From NCBI GenBank assembly GCA_016934535.1, contig JAFGSQ010000024.1:1-41502 (forward strand): DNA of 41,502 nucleotides, read 5' to 3'. Of this stretch, positions 17,315 through 26,590 are shown piece after piece (position 1 is the first letter of the stretch; each line of letters starts with the position of its first letter). Made by a program: the position numbers and the translations under genes. This stretch comes from a candidate division WOR-3 bacterium (GTDB lineage: Bacteria > SDB-A). Under the pieces are notes generated by a model that did not search any database, was not told where the DNA came from, and saw only the letters and a program-made list of their open reading frames with translations.

Positions 17315-18567
17315 AAGCTTTCATACCTGATTTTGTCGAGTTCTTCGCAAAGACTCCCCGTGAGTTTTTTCCTGTCGTAATCAGGATGCGATCTGCGTGA
17401 ATTTAACGACCGCCTTGATTTTTTTTTGATCAGGTCTTTTATTTTCTCAGAAAGTGTTTCATGGTCGTCGGGGGAAACCACATCTCCGGCTCCGGTCTTT
17501 CTCAAAACTTCTGCGGCGTCAGTATTGTTCGGAATCGAAGCGATTATCGGAAGTCCCGTTCCGAGATAATCAAACAGCTTGCCAGTTGAGACGGCATCTC
17601 CTTCCGAAGGAGAAATGTAAAACCACAAAACATCAGATTTCATTGCCTCTTTAATTGCGTCTTTGTGACTCAGGTAGCCAAGGCTCTCAATTTTTACTTT
17701 CAGACCTTTCTCTTCGGCCGTTTTCAGAGCGCTGTCGGAATTTTTTCCTATAAACACAGCTTTGATATTTTCAAATCTGAGCAGGTCCAGAGCTCTGAGA
17801 AGGACGTCAGGTTTTCTCCCTCTCAAAAGCGAACCCATATGACAAACTGTGAATGTCTCCCTGCTTTGCAGAACCATTTCGGGAAAATCATCCGGATCGT
17901 AACCGTGAGAAATTACGGCGGTGTTTTTCGTGCCGTGCCTTTCTAATATGCTGTTTCTGATTTTTTCGTTTATAGTTATGATCAAAGACGAATTCCTGAC
18001 TACCGATTTTTCCAGTTCAAGATTGAACCACGCGTGGTATTTCGTCGCGCTCGGAAATAGTTTTTCGTCAATCCAGGGATCTCTGAAATCTATGGCGAGC
18101 GGCAGTCCGCATCTTTTACTGACCAGAAGTCCGGCGAGGGCAGATGAAAAAGGAGGAACAGAACACATGACAGCGTCGAATTTGATTTTCCCGCAAAGTC
18201 TCACAGCGTAATCGGCGCAGAAGGGCACCCAGCCGATCTCCGGATCTGGAAACGCGAAAGAACGTGATTTTCCAAAATTTGAAAGTTTTTCCTTTTTTGG
18301 CGACAGAAAAAATTTTTCGAAAAATGGAAGATGAAAATGGTCCAAAGAAGGTATTCTGTGGATATCAGTTTTATTCCTGATTTCTTCATACATTTTTCTG
18401 TCGAAAGCGAAGTACCATCGAGGTCTGGATGTCAGTACAGTAGCTGACCAACCGAAATCAGGCATGTATTTGCAGAATTTAGCCTGTCTCTGAACGCCCG
18501 ACAATCCGAGAGGGGGGAAAAAATATGATATGAAAAGAAGTTTTTTGACTGTTTCGGTTTTTTTCAA
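17311..18567 (-). CDS. Glycosyltransferase family 4 (GT-B)
   Basis: ISYFFPPLGLSGVQR..KFCKY, FPDPEIGW, DFRDPW, HGYDPDDF and GKLFDYLGTGLPI. Confidence 0.88.
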   Translation of the reverse strand: MKKTETVKKLLFISYFFPPLGLSGVQRQAKFCKYMPDFGWSATVLTSRPRWYFAFDRKMYEEIRNKTDIHRIPSLDHFHLPFFEKFFLSPKKEKLSNFGKSRSFAFPDPEIGWVPFCADYAVRLCGKIKFDAVMCSVPPFSSALAGLLVSKRCGLPLAIDFRDPWIDEKLFPSATKYHAWFNLELEKSVVRNSSLIITINEKIRNSILERHGTKNTAVISHGYDPDDFPEMVLQSRETFTVCHMGSLLRGRKPDVLLRALDLLRFENIKAVFIGKNSDSALKTAEEKGLKVKIESLGYLSHKDAIKEAMKSDVLWFYISPSEGDAVSTGKLFDYLGTGLPIIASIPNNTDAAEVLRKTGAGDVVSPDDHETLSEKIKDLIKKKSRRSLNSRRSHPDYDRKKLTGSLCEELDKIRYESF

Positions 18568-18573
18568 GATGAA

Positions 18574-19578
18574 TCAGCGTTTCACGGCATCATACAGGAT
18601 TTTTCCGCCGACTCTTCTGAAATTGATATCAAAATATCCGGTCTCGAGTCTGTCTTTGTAAGGATAAACTCCTTCGGCGACAATTGTGCCGAGTATTTCC
18701 TTTTCGTGAACCTTTTCTTCTTCTAAAGATACAGAGCCCCTGCCAATGAGGAATTCGTCTCTCGAAAGGAAAATAGCGGTTAAAGTCAGTGATGCGCTCA
18801 GCAGAAAAATAATCACGGCAAAAACAATAACCGTCATAAAATTAAAATCTATCTTTTTGTCCGGGTCTTCCCCTTCCGTCTTCTTCTTCAAAATACCTAT
18901 CGCTTTTTTCTGATTCAGAGACGCCAGAATTTTGTAAATCTTGACCCTCGAGGGTATCGGCAGATGAAGAATTTCGCCCAGATATTTCTTGTTCCCGACG
19001 AAATTATAAAGAAAACGCTCTTCCCTTGTGAGTTTTTCAACTGAAACACTGTTCACAGAGATAAGCGTTTCTTCGTCGCCAATTGATTCAACTATAAGCT
19101 CCATGTTTTCGACGGACTTCAGGTAATCGTTCCAGAGCGATTCTATGTCCTCTTCAATTTCGAGTTCCGATTTATGATAGAGCAGCTCGTTTTCAGCGAA
19201 CGTAGTTCCCGCTATCTCTTCGTTTTTAAGGGAAAAGACATTGAACGCAATGTCTCGTATCTTGCCTTTTATAAATCTTATTCTCTTTTCAGGCGACAGG
19301 TTCCCCGAACCTGATAAAAGCTCTCCGGTGCTCAGATCTTTTTCCTGCGCAGTTTTTTCGAGTCCGGAGAATTCTTCGTCGCTTATCAGTTCGCTGTTAG
19401 TCTGAAGGTAGAACCAGAGAGGCACGGCCTTCCCGTCCTTTGTCTGCCAGATTGCGGCACTGATCTTTCCCGATGAAATGTTAAGAAAAATGTTGTCTCC
19501 CAAAGATGTGATTATGGAGAATATTCCGTTTCTCTCTTCTTTGCTCAACTTTATCATCATATCGTATATCATGCTCAT
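18574..19578 (-). CDS. DUF4388-like domain protein with C-terminal TM helix
   Basis: N-terminal YDMMIKLSKEERNGIFSI...GDNIFL..GKISAA pattern, GELL..SG, winged-helix-like segment, then a TM (VIVFAVIIFLLSASLTLTAIFL). Confidence 0.55.
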   Translation of the reverse strand: MSMIYDMMIKLSKEERNGIFSIITSLGDNIFLNISSGKISAAIWQTKDGKAVPLWFYLQTNSELISDEEFSGLEKTAQEKDLSTGELLSGSGNLSPEKRIRFIKGKIRDIAFNVFSLKNEEIAGTTFAENELLYHKSELEIEEDIESLWNDYLKSVENMELIVESIGDEETLISVNSVSVEKLTREERFLYNFVGNKKYLGEILHLPIPSRVKIYKILASLNQKKAIGILKKKTEGEDPDKKIDFNFMTVIVFAVIIFLLSASLTLTAIFLSRDEFLIGRGSVSLEEEKVHEKEILGTIVAEGVYPYKDRLETGYFDINFRRVGGKILYDAVKR

Positions 19579-19580
19579 CG

Positions 19581-21530
19581 CTACGCCCCTTCATTCCTTG
19601 AAATCAAATATGAAAACAAGCCGAAAAGTACGTAAACAGAGGCAAAAACAGCTAAAGACAATATTAATAAAAAACCGCTCATTCCTTTTGCATTCACGTA
19701 ATAAACGGTAAACAAAGTTACTATGCCTGCGGTCACTGCCGCGAAATCGAATCTGAATCCTTTTCCTTTTATGTTGTGAACGAAACCGGGAAGAAGCATC
19801 GAATAAGCGAAGTAAAGTCTCTTTCTCTTGTTCTTCAATGATTCTGAAATTTCATTCACTATTCCTTTTTCGTCGGCGAGTTTTCCAAGTTTTTCAACTC
19901 TGGAAATGCAACCTGAACAAAGCAGTGTGCCTTTCTGGCTTCTCTTGCATAGATTGCAAACCGGAGCTCCGCAGAGGTCGCAGAATTCAACAGTAATTTT
20001 CCTGAAAGCGACAAAGTTGAAGAAAAGCCCGGCCATCAGAAAAACCGACATCATCAATGCGGTTTTCCTGAGTCTCGTTCCGAATACAGCAGAAAACCTG
20101 TTATCGTATACGGATCCCTGAGAAAATATCCGGGAGGGAACGAGCATTTTCTGCGGAATTATCTCTATAGTCAAAAATTCCGAAGTCGGCAACAGAGAAA
20201 GCATGCCGAAACTTTTTTCCTCGAGAAATCCCGGTGACAGTTTTTCCAGATTCAATTTGAAAAGTTCGGACTTGTCTTTTTGGAAAGTTTTGAGGTAATA
20301 CACGTAGAGATTGTAATTAATTTCGGGGTCGGTGCTGTCAATTCTCCACGCGCTCTGAAAACAATTATACGCCGAATCTCTTATCCCCATGTCGAAAAAT
20401 ACACAACCTCTGTTGTTTAATATTATCTGTTTCGGCATAGCGGGTGCCGCGCGGGAATACAGTTCCAGAGCCGATCTGAAATCCTTGTCTCTGCGACACA
20501 GAACAGCCGATGCGAAAACTTCTTCTTCAGCGGCTCCTTCCTCAGGATAGGGATTACCTCCTCCTTCGAGAAAAAGTATTTTCTCGTAAATGCTTCTTCC
20601 AGGTGAATTTAACGAAAATCCCCTCAGTGCGGCGCTGATTTCAACCGATAGAAGAGACAGAATAAAAGCTCCGAGTCCCGCCGCTGTCATTGTAATTTTT
20701 TCTTTTTTCCCGAGCATTGAAAATGAAATTCCAAAAAGAAACGAACCGAGATAGAAAGGTTTGCTTGCGAGAATAAAAAATGACGACAGAATCAGCGAAG
20801 ACGAAAATTTCGAAGAAAGATCGAGGCGCAGAAATTTTTTGGAAAGATGATATATGCTGTGCCAGATATACACCGCGTTCTTGAAAAAGGCGCATATAAT
20901 AATGTAGAAACCGAAAGCAAGCAAAAATACCGCGAAAGCATATAGAGGAGTCTGAATAAAGTCGAGGGCGTTGTATGGTTTTCTCAGCAATGAAAAGTAC
21001 GCTATAACTTCAGACACCAATTTGGAAAACTGCTTTTTTTTCCAGTAAATAGACATAATCTCCCTGGAAACCGCCTGATTTTCAGCGAAACTTCTCGACA
21101 GATTCAGAAATCGCAGTTTTTCATCTTCGCTGACGGACTGCCCGGCTTTAAGATAAAAATATCCGCTGAGATGTTTTGACCCCTTCATTCCTTTTGAAGA
21201 AAGGATATCGCTAATCCACTGCAGTTCTTCTTCCTTTACTGAGTCATTGTCTGAAAGCATGAAAAAATAGAAATGAAAAAAAAGATTGTTAGATGCGATG
21301 CTGTCAGCTTTTTTGAGGCTTTCTCTGTCGTCAGAGAGTACAAAAATCCTGAAAGCGTTGTCTTCATGCGCTCCGCTGAGTATGGTTTCAAGCTTTTCTT
21401 CCGGAATTCTCAGGATGCTGTCAATTGAAGATGTCTGGAAAGCTTCATAGATCTCTATCTGTGCTTTTAGAAGGTCGGCGGGAACAGCAGAACTGAAAAC
21501 AGAAATCACTAAAAAAGTTATCAGAGCCAT
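19581..21530 (-). CDS. Membrane TPR protein with Cys-rich B-box-like zinc finger
   Basis: Multiple TMs, TPRs (ILNNRGCVFF...AYNCFQSA; INYNLYVYY) and CDLCGAPVCNLC...LCSGC. Confidence 0.7.
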   Translation of the reverse strand: MALITFLVISVFSSAVPADLLKAQIEIYEAFQTSSIDSILRIPEEKLETILSGAHEDNAFRIFVLSDDRESLKKADSIASNNLFFHFYFFMLSDNDSVKEEELQWISDILSSKGMKGSKHLSGYFYLKAGQSVSEDEKLRFLNLSRSFAENQAVSREIMSIYWKKKQFSKLVSEVIAYFSLLRKPYNALDFIQTPLYAFAVFLLAFGFYIIICAFFKNAVYIWHSIYHLSKKFLRLDLSSKFSSSLILSSFFILASKPFYLGSFLFGISFSMLGKKEKITMTAAGLGAFILSLLSVEISAALRGFSLNSPGRSIYEKILFLEGGGNPYPEEGAAEEEVFASAVLCRRDKDFRSALELYSRAAPAMPKQIILNNRGCVFFDMGIRDSAYNCFQSAWRIDSTDPEINYNLYVYYLKTFQKDKSELFKLNLEKLSPGFLEEKSFGMLSLLPTSEFLTIEIIPQKMLVPSRIFSQGSVYDNRFSAVFGTRLRKTALMMSVFLMAGLFFNFVAFRKITVEFCDLCGAPVCNLCKRSQKGTLLCSGCISRVEKLGKLADEKGIVNEISESLKNKRKRLYFAYSMLLPGFVHNIKGKGFRFDFAAVTAGIVTLFTVYYVNAKGMSGFLLILSLAVFASVYVLFGLFSYLISRNEGA

Positions 21531-21898
21531 AGATTGTCCGTCAAAGCGTTTTCAATGTGAGTCAGTTCTCCTGATTCAAGGTCAACACAAATAAAATCCA
21601 GCCTCACGTCGGTTTTTCCCCACATTCCGTTTTCAACAAGATACTTTTTTACGGCTCTGAGAAACGTTTTTCTTTGCTTGGCGCTCCAGGATTCAAGCTC
21701 ACTGTCCCAGCTATCTTTGCTTCTCGTTTTAACTTCAACAAAAACAGCGGTAGTCCCATCACGCGCTATTATGTCTATCTCAGCCTTCCCCTCTCGAATG
21801 TTTCGCTTTTCGACATTGTATCCTTTTTTTTTCAGATATTCAACGGCGATATTCTCGCCATAGATCCCCGTTTGAATTTTCAGGTTTTTTCCCGGCAC
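21521..21898 (-). CDS. yraN: YraN family protein (UPF0102)
   Basis: G..GE.IAVEYLKKKGY...RN...AEIDIIARDG...VFVEVKTR, RLDFI and HIENA. Confidence 0.92.
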   Translation of the reverse strand: MPGKNLKIQTGIYGENIAVEYLKKKGYNVEKRNIREGKAEIDIIARDGTTAVFVEVKTRSKDSWDSELESWSAKQRKTFLRAVKKYLVENGMWGKTDVRLDFICVDLESGELTHIENALTDNLWL

Positions 21899-22502
21899 TT
21901 GAATCCTTTCTGAGAGGTTTGAAACTCATCCTGTGAATGGGTGAAGGACCTATCCCATCAAGGGCTTCGAGGTGTTTTTTTGAAAGATACCCGGCGTTTG
22001 TCGAAAATCCGTATCCCGGATACAAAAGATCATAAAGCTCCATCATTCTGTCTCTTATGACTTTAGCAATTATGGATGCCGCTGCGATTGAATAACATTT
22101 TGAATCACCTCTGACAACAGTTTTCTGAACGATTCCGGGCACTGGTATTTCAAAAACGCCGTCAACAAGTATGAAATCCGGTAAAACAGACAGAGAAACC
22201 ACGGCGTTTTTCATGGCTTCAAGAGAAGCTTTTAGGATGTTTATCAGATCAATCTTCTCGGGAAGAACGTAACCTATGCCGATTTCAAGAGCGGCGCATT
22301 TTATTTCGTGATAAAGAATCTCTCTTTTGTTCCTGGTAAGCTTTTTAGAATCTTCCACGCCCTTAATTTTTTTTTCTATAGGCAATACGCACGCCGCAGC
22401 CACTACAGGGCCTGCGAGAGGACCCCTTCCGGCTTCATCGACTCCGCATATAATTCTCGCCCCTTCTCTTCGTGCTTTCCTCTCAAAGAAGAGGTTCGGC
22501 AA
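21840..22502 (-). CDS. rnhB: Ribonuclease HII
   Basis: GVDEAGRGPLAGPVVAAA, DSKKL, LVDG, GDSKCYSIAAASIIAKV and HRMSF. Confidence 0.97.
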   Translation of the reverse strand: MPNLFFERKARREGARIICGVDEAGRGPLAGPVVAAACVLPIEKKIKGVEDSKKLTRNKREILYHEIKCAALEIGIGYVLPEKIDLINILKASLEAMKNAVVSLSVLPDFILVDGVFEIPVPGIVQKTVVRGDSKCYSIAAASIIAKVIRDRMMELYDLLYPGYGFSTNAGYLSKKHLEALDGIGPSPIHRMSFKPLRKDSSAGKKPENSNGDLWREYRR

Positions 22503-22504
22503 AA

Positions 22505-22849
22505 TTACCGCCTTTCTTTTATCTTTGTAGCTTTGCCTTTTCGTTCTCTCATGTAATAAAGCTTAGCTCTTCTCACTTTCCCTTTTTTGAGTAATTTTAC
22601 GCTTGATATTATGGGCGAGTGAATAGGGAAGACTCTTTCGACGCCGACTCCGTCCGAAATTTTTCTTACCGTAAAAGTTCCCCTTGCTCCTTTTCCATTA
22701 TTCATGGCTATGACTGCGCCTTTAAAAAGCCTAATGAGTGTTTTATCGCCTTCTTTAATCTTTATCCTGACTGCAACAGTGTCGCCGACGGATATGTCGG
22801 GAACTTCCTGCGTCATCTGGGACGCTTCGATAGCTTTCACCCTTTCCAT
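22505..22849 (-). CDS. rplS: 50S ribosomal protein L19
   Basis: GDTVAV...[21 protein letters not shown]...[12 protein letters not shown]. Confidence 0.98.
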   Translation of the reverse strand: MERVKAIEASQMTQEVPDISVGDTVAVRIKIKEGDKTLIRLFKGAVIAMNNGKGARGTFTVRKISDGVGVERVFPIHSPIISSVKLLKKGKVRRAKLYYMRERKGKATKIKERR

Positions 22850-22853
22850 TTTA

Positions 22854-23531
22854 TCACCTTTTTTCCCTTTCCTTTTTTTTTCTTTTTTCTGTTCTTTCTA
22901 TCCTTCTCGACTCCCGCCAAAGGGCAATTTTACCATGGTCTCCCGACAAAAGGACATCGGGAACTTTATTTCCTTCAAACATTGAAGGCCTGGTGTAAAG
23001 TTCCTCTTCGCACAGTCCGTCCGTGGAGAAGGAATCGAGGATCAGATTTTCTTCATTGTTGAGAACTCCCGGAATGAGCCTTACAACAGCTTCGGCGATT
23101 ACGAGAGCCGGCAGTTCTCCTCCGGACAACATATAATCGCCAATCGATATCTCTTCATCGACGAAATTATCTATGAACCTCTGATCAACTCCTCTGTACC
23201 TTCCACAGACAAGTATCAAGTGCTTTTTCCTGGAAAGCTCCCCTGCTTTTTCGCGGTCAAACAAACATCCCTGAGGGGAAGTGAGAACTATCCATGATTC
23301 GTCGTCTTTAAGTTCCTTAACAGCAGCGGCGAGCGGAGGTGCCATAAAAACCATACCGGGACCTCCTCCGAAAGGGTAATCGTCCACTCTGCCGTGCGGA
23401 TCGTCGGAATAATCCCTGAGATTGACGAAATTCAAAACAGCGAGATTTTTTTCTGCGGCTCTCGACAGTATTCCGAATCCGGCGTAAGGCATTATAGCTC
23501 CCGGAAATATTGTAATTATATCTATTTTCAT
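22854..23531 (-). CDS. trmD: tRNA (guanine-N1)-methyltransferase
   Basis: [52 protein letters not shown] and [10 protein letters not shown]. Confidence 0.97.
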   Translation of the reverse strand: MKIDIITIFPGAIMPYAGFGILSRAAEKNLAVLNFVNLRDYSDDPHGRVDDYPFGGGPGMVFMAPPLAAAVKELKDDESWIVLTSPQGCLFDREKAGELSRKKHLILVCGRYRGVDQRFIDNFVDEEISIGDYMLSGGELPALVIAEAVVRLIPGVLNNEENLILDSFSTDGLCEEELYTRPSMFEGNKVPDVLLSGDHGKIALWRESRRIERTEKRKKKEREKR

Positions 23532-23534
23532 TAT

Positions 23535-23566
23535 AAAGAAAAGCCGCCAGGGGAAACCCTGGCGAC
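23535..23566 (-). terminator. Rho-independent terminator after khpA
   Basis: Minus strand GTCGCCAGGG-TTTC-CCCTGGCGGC-TTTTCTTT: 10-bp GC-rich stem (one G-U pair) followed by a U-tract. Confidence 0.75.
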
Positions 23567-23576
23567 GTATTAAGAT

Positions 23577-23828
23577 TCAGTCCAGTATTTCGAGAATGGC
23601 TCGTTTTCCGGTTTTCATAGCCGCGGCAGAGACTATATGTCTGAGAGCTTTTGCCGTCCGGCCTTCTTTACCTATAATTTTTCCGAGATCGCCTGAACCG
23701 ACTTTGAGTTCGAGATAAACTGTTTTCTGATGGTCGGTTGTTGTCACTTTGACCTCGCCGGGATCGTCGACGAGTTTTTTCGCAATGAACTCTACCAGTT
23801 CCTGAACCGACTGATTTGAATTGTTCAT
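23577..23828 (-). CDS. khpA: KH-domain RNA-binding protein (KhpA/UPF0109)
   Basis: ELVEFIAKKLVDDP...DLGKIIGKEGRTAKALR (GxxG KH loop); canonical position after rpsP. Confidence 0.93.
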   Translation of the reverse strand: MNNSNQSVQELVEFIAKKLVDDPGEVKVTTTDHQKTVYLELKVGSGDLGKIIGKEGRTAKALRHIVSAAAMKTGKRAILEILD

Positions 23829-23838
23829 CTTCCGCTCC

Positions 23839-24087
23839 TTACTGAGATTGTTCTTTTTTGTGTCTGCGAATTAGGGATGAAACCGTTTCGGTTACGGAGG
23901 CTCCTTTTTGCACCCAGTTTGTGAGTTTTTCGTAATCCAAGCTGAACTCAGCCGGTTTTCTCGGATTGTAATAACCGAGCTTTTCGATGCACTTTCCGTC
24001 TCTTCTGTGCCGCTTGTCTGCGACAATTATGTGGTAAAAGGGCGAATTTCTTTTTCCGAATCTCGCAAGATGTATTCTAACTGACAA
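23839..24087 (-). CDS. rpsP: 30S ribosomal protein S16
   Basis: SVRIHLARFGKRNSPFYHIIVADKR..RDGKCIEKLGYYNP; start set at TTG 24087 behind GAGGAGGT SD. Confidence 0.97.
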   Translation of the reverse strand: MSVRIHLARFGKRNSPFYHIIVADKRHRRDGKCIEKLGYYNPRKPAEFSLDYEKLTNWVQKGASVTETVSSLIRRHKKEQSQ

Positions 24088-24134
24088 AGGTTCGATACCT
24101 CCTCTTAGTATTATTAGTGATGAACGAAACATTT

Positions 24135-24164
24135 ATATTATCTTTTCTTTCTTTTCTTTGTCAA
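24135..24164 (-). promoter_or_regulatory. Internal sigma70 promoter for rpsP-khpA inside the ffh 3' end
   Basis: Minus strand TTGACA (24164-24159), 18 bp, TAATAT (24140-24135); alternative GATAAT at 16 bp. Confidence 0.55.
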
Positions 24165-25472
24165 GCCCTTTGTCAGGGCCATTTTTGCCAAAGATTGCCT
24201 GCCTATTATACCTTTGAGCATTTTTTTCGACGATTCAAACTGTTTTACCAGGTTAGTCACGTCTGAAATTTGAGTTCCGCTTCCGGCCGCTATCCTCTTT
24301 TTTCTGCTCGCGTTAATTATTTCGGGGTGCTGTCTTTCTCCGGGAGTCATTGAAAAAATCAGGGCTTCGATTTTGTTTATTTCTTTTTCGTCAATTTTCA
24401 CGTTCTGGACGGCAGTGCCCGGCAGCATAGACAGAAGGTTTTCGAGAGGTCCCATTTTTTTCAGAGTTCTGAGTTGGTAGACAAAATCCTCCAGAGTAAA
24501 AGAAAGATCCGCCATTTTTTTTGCCATCTTTTCCGCTTCGACCTGGTCCGACGCTTCCCTGGCTTTTTCTACCAGCGAGGCTATGTCTCCCATGCCGGTT
24601 ATTCTGGAAGCCATTCTTTCGGGGAAAAACTCAGATAATTCTTCGGCCTTTTCCCCTGTCCCTACGAATTTCACAGGCGCTCCCGTTGCTATTTTCATGC
24701 TGAGAGCTGCGCCGCCTCGCGCGTCTCCGTCAAGTTTTGTCAGCACAATTCCTGTGATGCCGACTTTTTTGTCGAAGGATTCTGCTACTTGCAGGGCGTC
24801 TTGACCAGTCATGGCGTCCACCACGAGTAGTACTTCATGCGGCTTGAATTTGTCTTTAATGTCCGCGAGTTCCTCTATCATTTCTTCGTCTATGTGCAGT
24901 CTTCCGGCCGTGTCGAGCAGGACCGCTCCTTTCATATTTTTTCGCGCTTCGGATATCGCGACTTCGACGCTTTTCATTGCGCTTTCTGTGTTTACTGGCG
25001 AGAAGGACAAGCCATATTTCGCGCAGAGCACTTCGAGCTGTTGAGAAGCAGCGGGTCTTTTCACATCACAAGCGGAGAGGAGAGGGTCTATTCCTTTGTT
25101 TTTCAGAAACAAACCGAGTTTTGCGCATGTTGTCGTTTTGCCGCTGCCCTGCAGTCCGACAAGCATAATCAGAGGAGGATTTCCGCTCAAACGCAGTTCC
25201 TGTTTTGAGCTTCCGAGCATGATCCTTATTTCGTCGAAGACAATTTTTGCGACTACATCACCGGGAGAAATACTTTTTAGAACTTTTTCTCCGACAGCTT
25301 TTGTTCTGATGTTTTCACAAAAATCGCGGGCAATCTTATAATTTACGTCTGCTTCCAGCAATATTCTTCTTATTTCCCTGAGGATTTCGTCAACATCCTT
25401 TTCCGTTAGATGTCCTCTTCTTTTCAGTTTTGCGAATACTTCAGAAAAGTTTTTTGTCAGGTTTTCAAACAC
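24138..25472 (-). CDS. ffh: Signal recognition particle protein
   Basis: LLEADVN, GLQGSGKTT, DTAGR, DAMTGQD, TKLDGDARGG and M-domain (SMTPGER, SRKKRIAAGSG). Confidence 0.98.
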   Translation of the reverse strand: MFENLTKNFSEVFAKLKRRGHLTEKDVDEILREIRRILLEADVNYKIARDFCENIRTKAVGEKVLKSISPGDVVAKIVFDEIRIMLGSSKQELRLSGNPPLIMLVGLQGSGKTTTCAKLGLFLKNKGIDPLLSACDVKRPAASQQLEVLCAKYGLSFSPVNTESAMKSVEVAISEARKNMKGAVLLDTAGRLHIDEEMIEELADIKDKFKPHEVLLVVDAMTGQDALQVAESFDKKVGITGIVLTKLDGDARGGAALSMKIATGAPVKFVGTGEKAEELSEFFPERMASRITGMGDIASLVEKAREASDQVEAEKMAKKMADLSFTLEDFVYQLRTLKKMGPLENLLSMLPGTAVQNVKIDEKEINKIEALIFSMTPGERQHPEIINASRKKRIAAGSGTQISDVTNLVKQFESSKKMLKGIIGRQSLAKMALTKGLTKKRKKR

Positions 25473-26590
25473 TTGACTTGTCCTTTTTTTACAATTTCAA
25501 AAACAATTTCAGCCATTTCCCGTGCCGTCCTCGCAAGATTGTTCTCCGCGGATTTCAAAGCTTCATCGAGATTCATTGGCCCCGGCAAAATGGATATCAC
25601 TTGTGACCCTTTCAAGCGGGCGTCAATCCAACCTGTCAGCGTCAGAACAGAGACGCCTGCAACGGAGGCTTTTTTCGCCACGAAACCGGTTATTTTTCCG
25701 GAACCGGAAGTTGTGTCGACTTTTCCTTCTCCCGTCACGGCGAGAAAGCATTCAGACAGTCTTTTTTCAAATGAAGCCAAAGAAGCTACGTATTCTGCTC
25801 CGCTGACAGTTCTGCTGTCGAACAAAACTTTCATTAATGAGGGAACTCCACCGGCGGCTCCTCCGTGTTTTATCTTTCCAGCGTCTTTGCCGGTTTTTTT
25901 TAATAACACTTGCCTGAAGTTTTTGAATGATTTTTTTAGAAATTCAACCTCTTCATCCGTCGCCCCTTTTTGTCTCGAAAACACCTCCACACCGCCCTTT
26001 TCTCCCAACAGCGGATTTTTGACGTCGCAGAGAACGATAAACTCGGCTTTGAGGGCGCAAGAGAATATATTTGCTGTGTCAATTCTTCGGAGACGCATCA
26101 GATCGGCTCCTCTTGACTTGATTTTTTTCCCCCTCGAATCAAAAAACCCGGCGCCAAGGGCTTCCATGATCCCCGTTCCTCCGTCTGCCGTCGCAGATCC
26201 TCCCGCACAAAGATATATTTTTCCGGCTCCAGCTTCCAAAGCTTTTTTTATTACTACACCGGTTCCATATGTGCTGCCGAAAAGTGCGGGTTTCGAAGTC
26301 GGGTCTACCAGTTTCAGACCCGATGAAAGGGCAAGTTCAACGAGGGCTGTTTTTTTATCGAGCATTAAAAATTCAGTTTCGATGGGTTTCCCGAAAGGAT
26401 CGAATGTCCGGACTCTTTTTGTAACCCCTCCGGAAAAATATTTCACGGCCTCCAGAGTCCCGTCTCCTCCGTCAGCGAGTGGAAGTTCTATCGTCGAAAA
26501 ATATTTTACGAACTCAGCGGATATAATCCTGCAAGCTTTTACAGCTCCTAAAGATCCTTTGAAGCTTCCCGGACAGACAAGTACTTTCAC
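25457..26590 (-). CDS. Glycerate kinase (GlxK/GarK family)
   Basis: MKVLVCPGSFKGSL, PLADGGDGT, STYGTG, GGSATADGG, DVKNPLLG..G, QKGA, GAAGG and TGEG. Confidence 0.92.
   Translation of the reverse strand: MKVLVCPGSFKGSLGAVKACRIISAEFVKYFSTIELPLADGGDGTLEAVKYFSGGVTKRVRTFDPFGKPIETEFLMLDKKTALVELALSSGLKLVDPTSKPALFGSTYGTGVVIKKALEAGAGKIYLCAGGSATADGGTGIMEALGAGFFDSRGKKIKSRGADLMRLRRIDTANIFSCALKAEFIVLCDVKNPLLGEKGGVEVFSRQKGATDEEVEFLKKSFKNFRQVLLKKTGKDAGKIKHGGAAGGVPSLMKVLFDSRTVSGAEYVASLASFEKRLSECFLAVTGEGKVDTTSGSGKITGFVAKKASVAGVSVLTLTGWIDARLKGSQVISILPGPMNLDEALKSAENNLARTAREMAEIVFEIVKKGQVKCLKT

Noticed and set aside
24088-24137. SRP RNA or leader RNA near ffh/rpsP
   Set aside because: The intergenic gap is only 50 bp, AT-rich and without the required structure.
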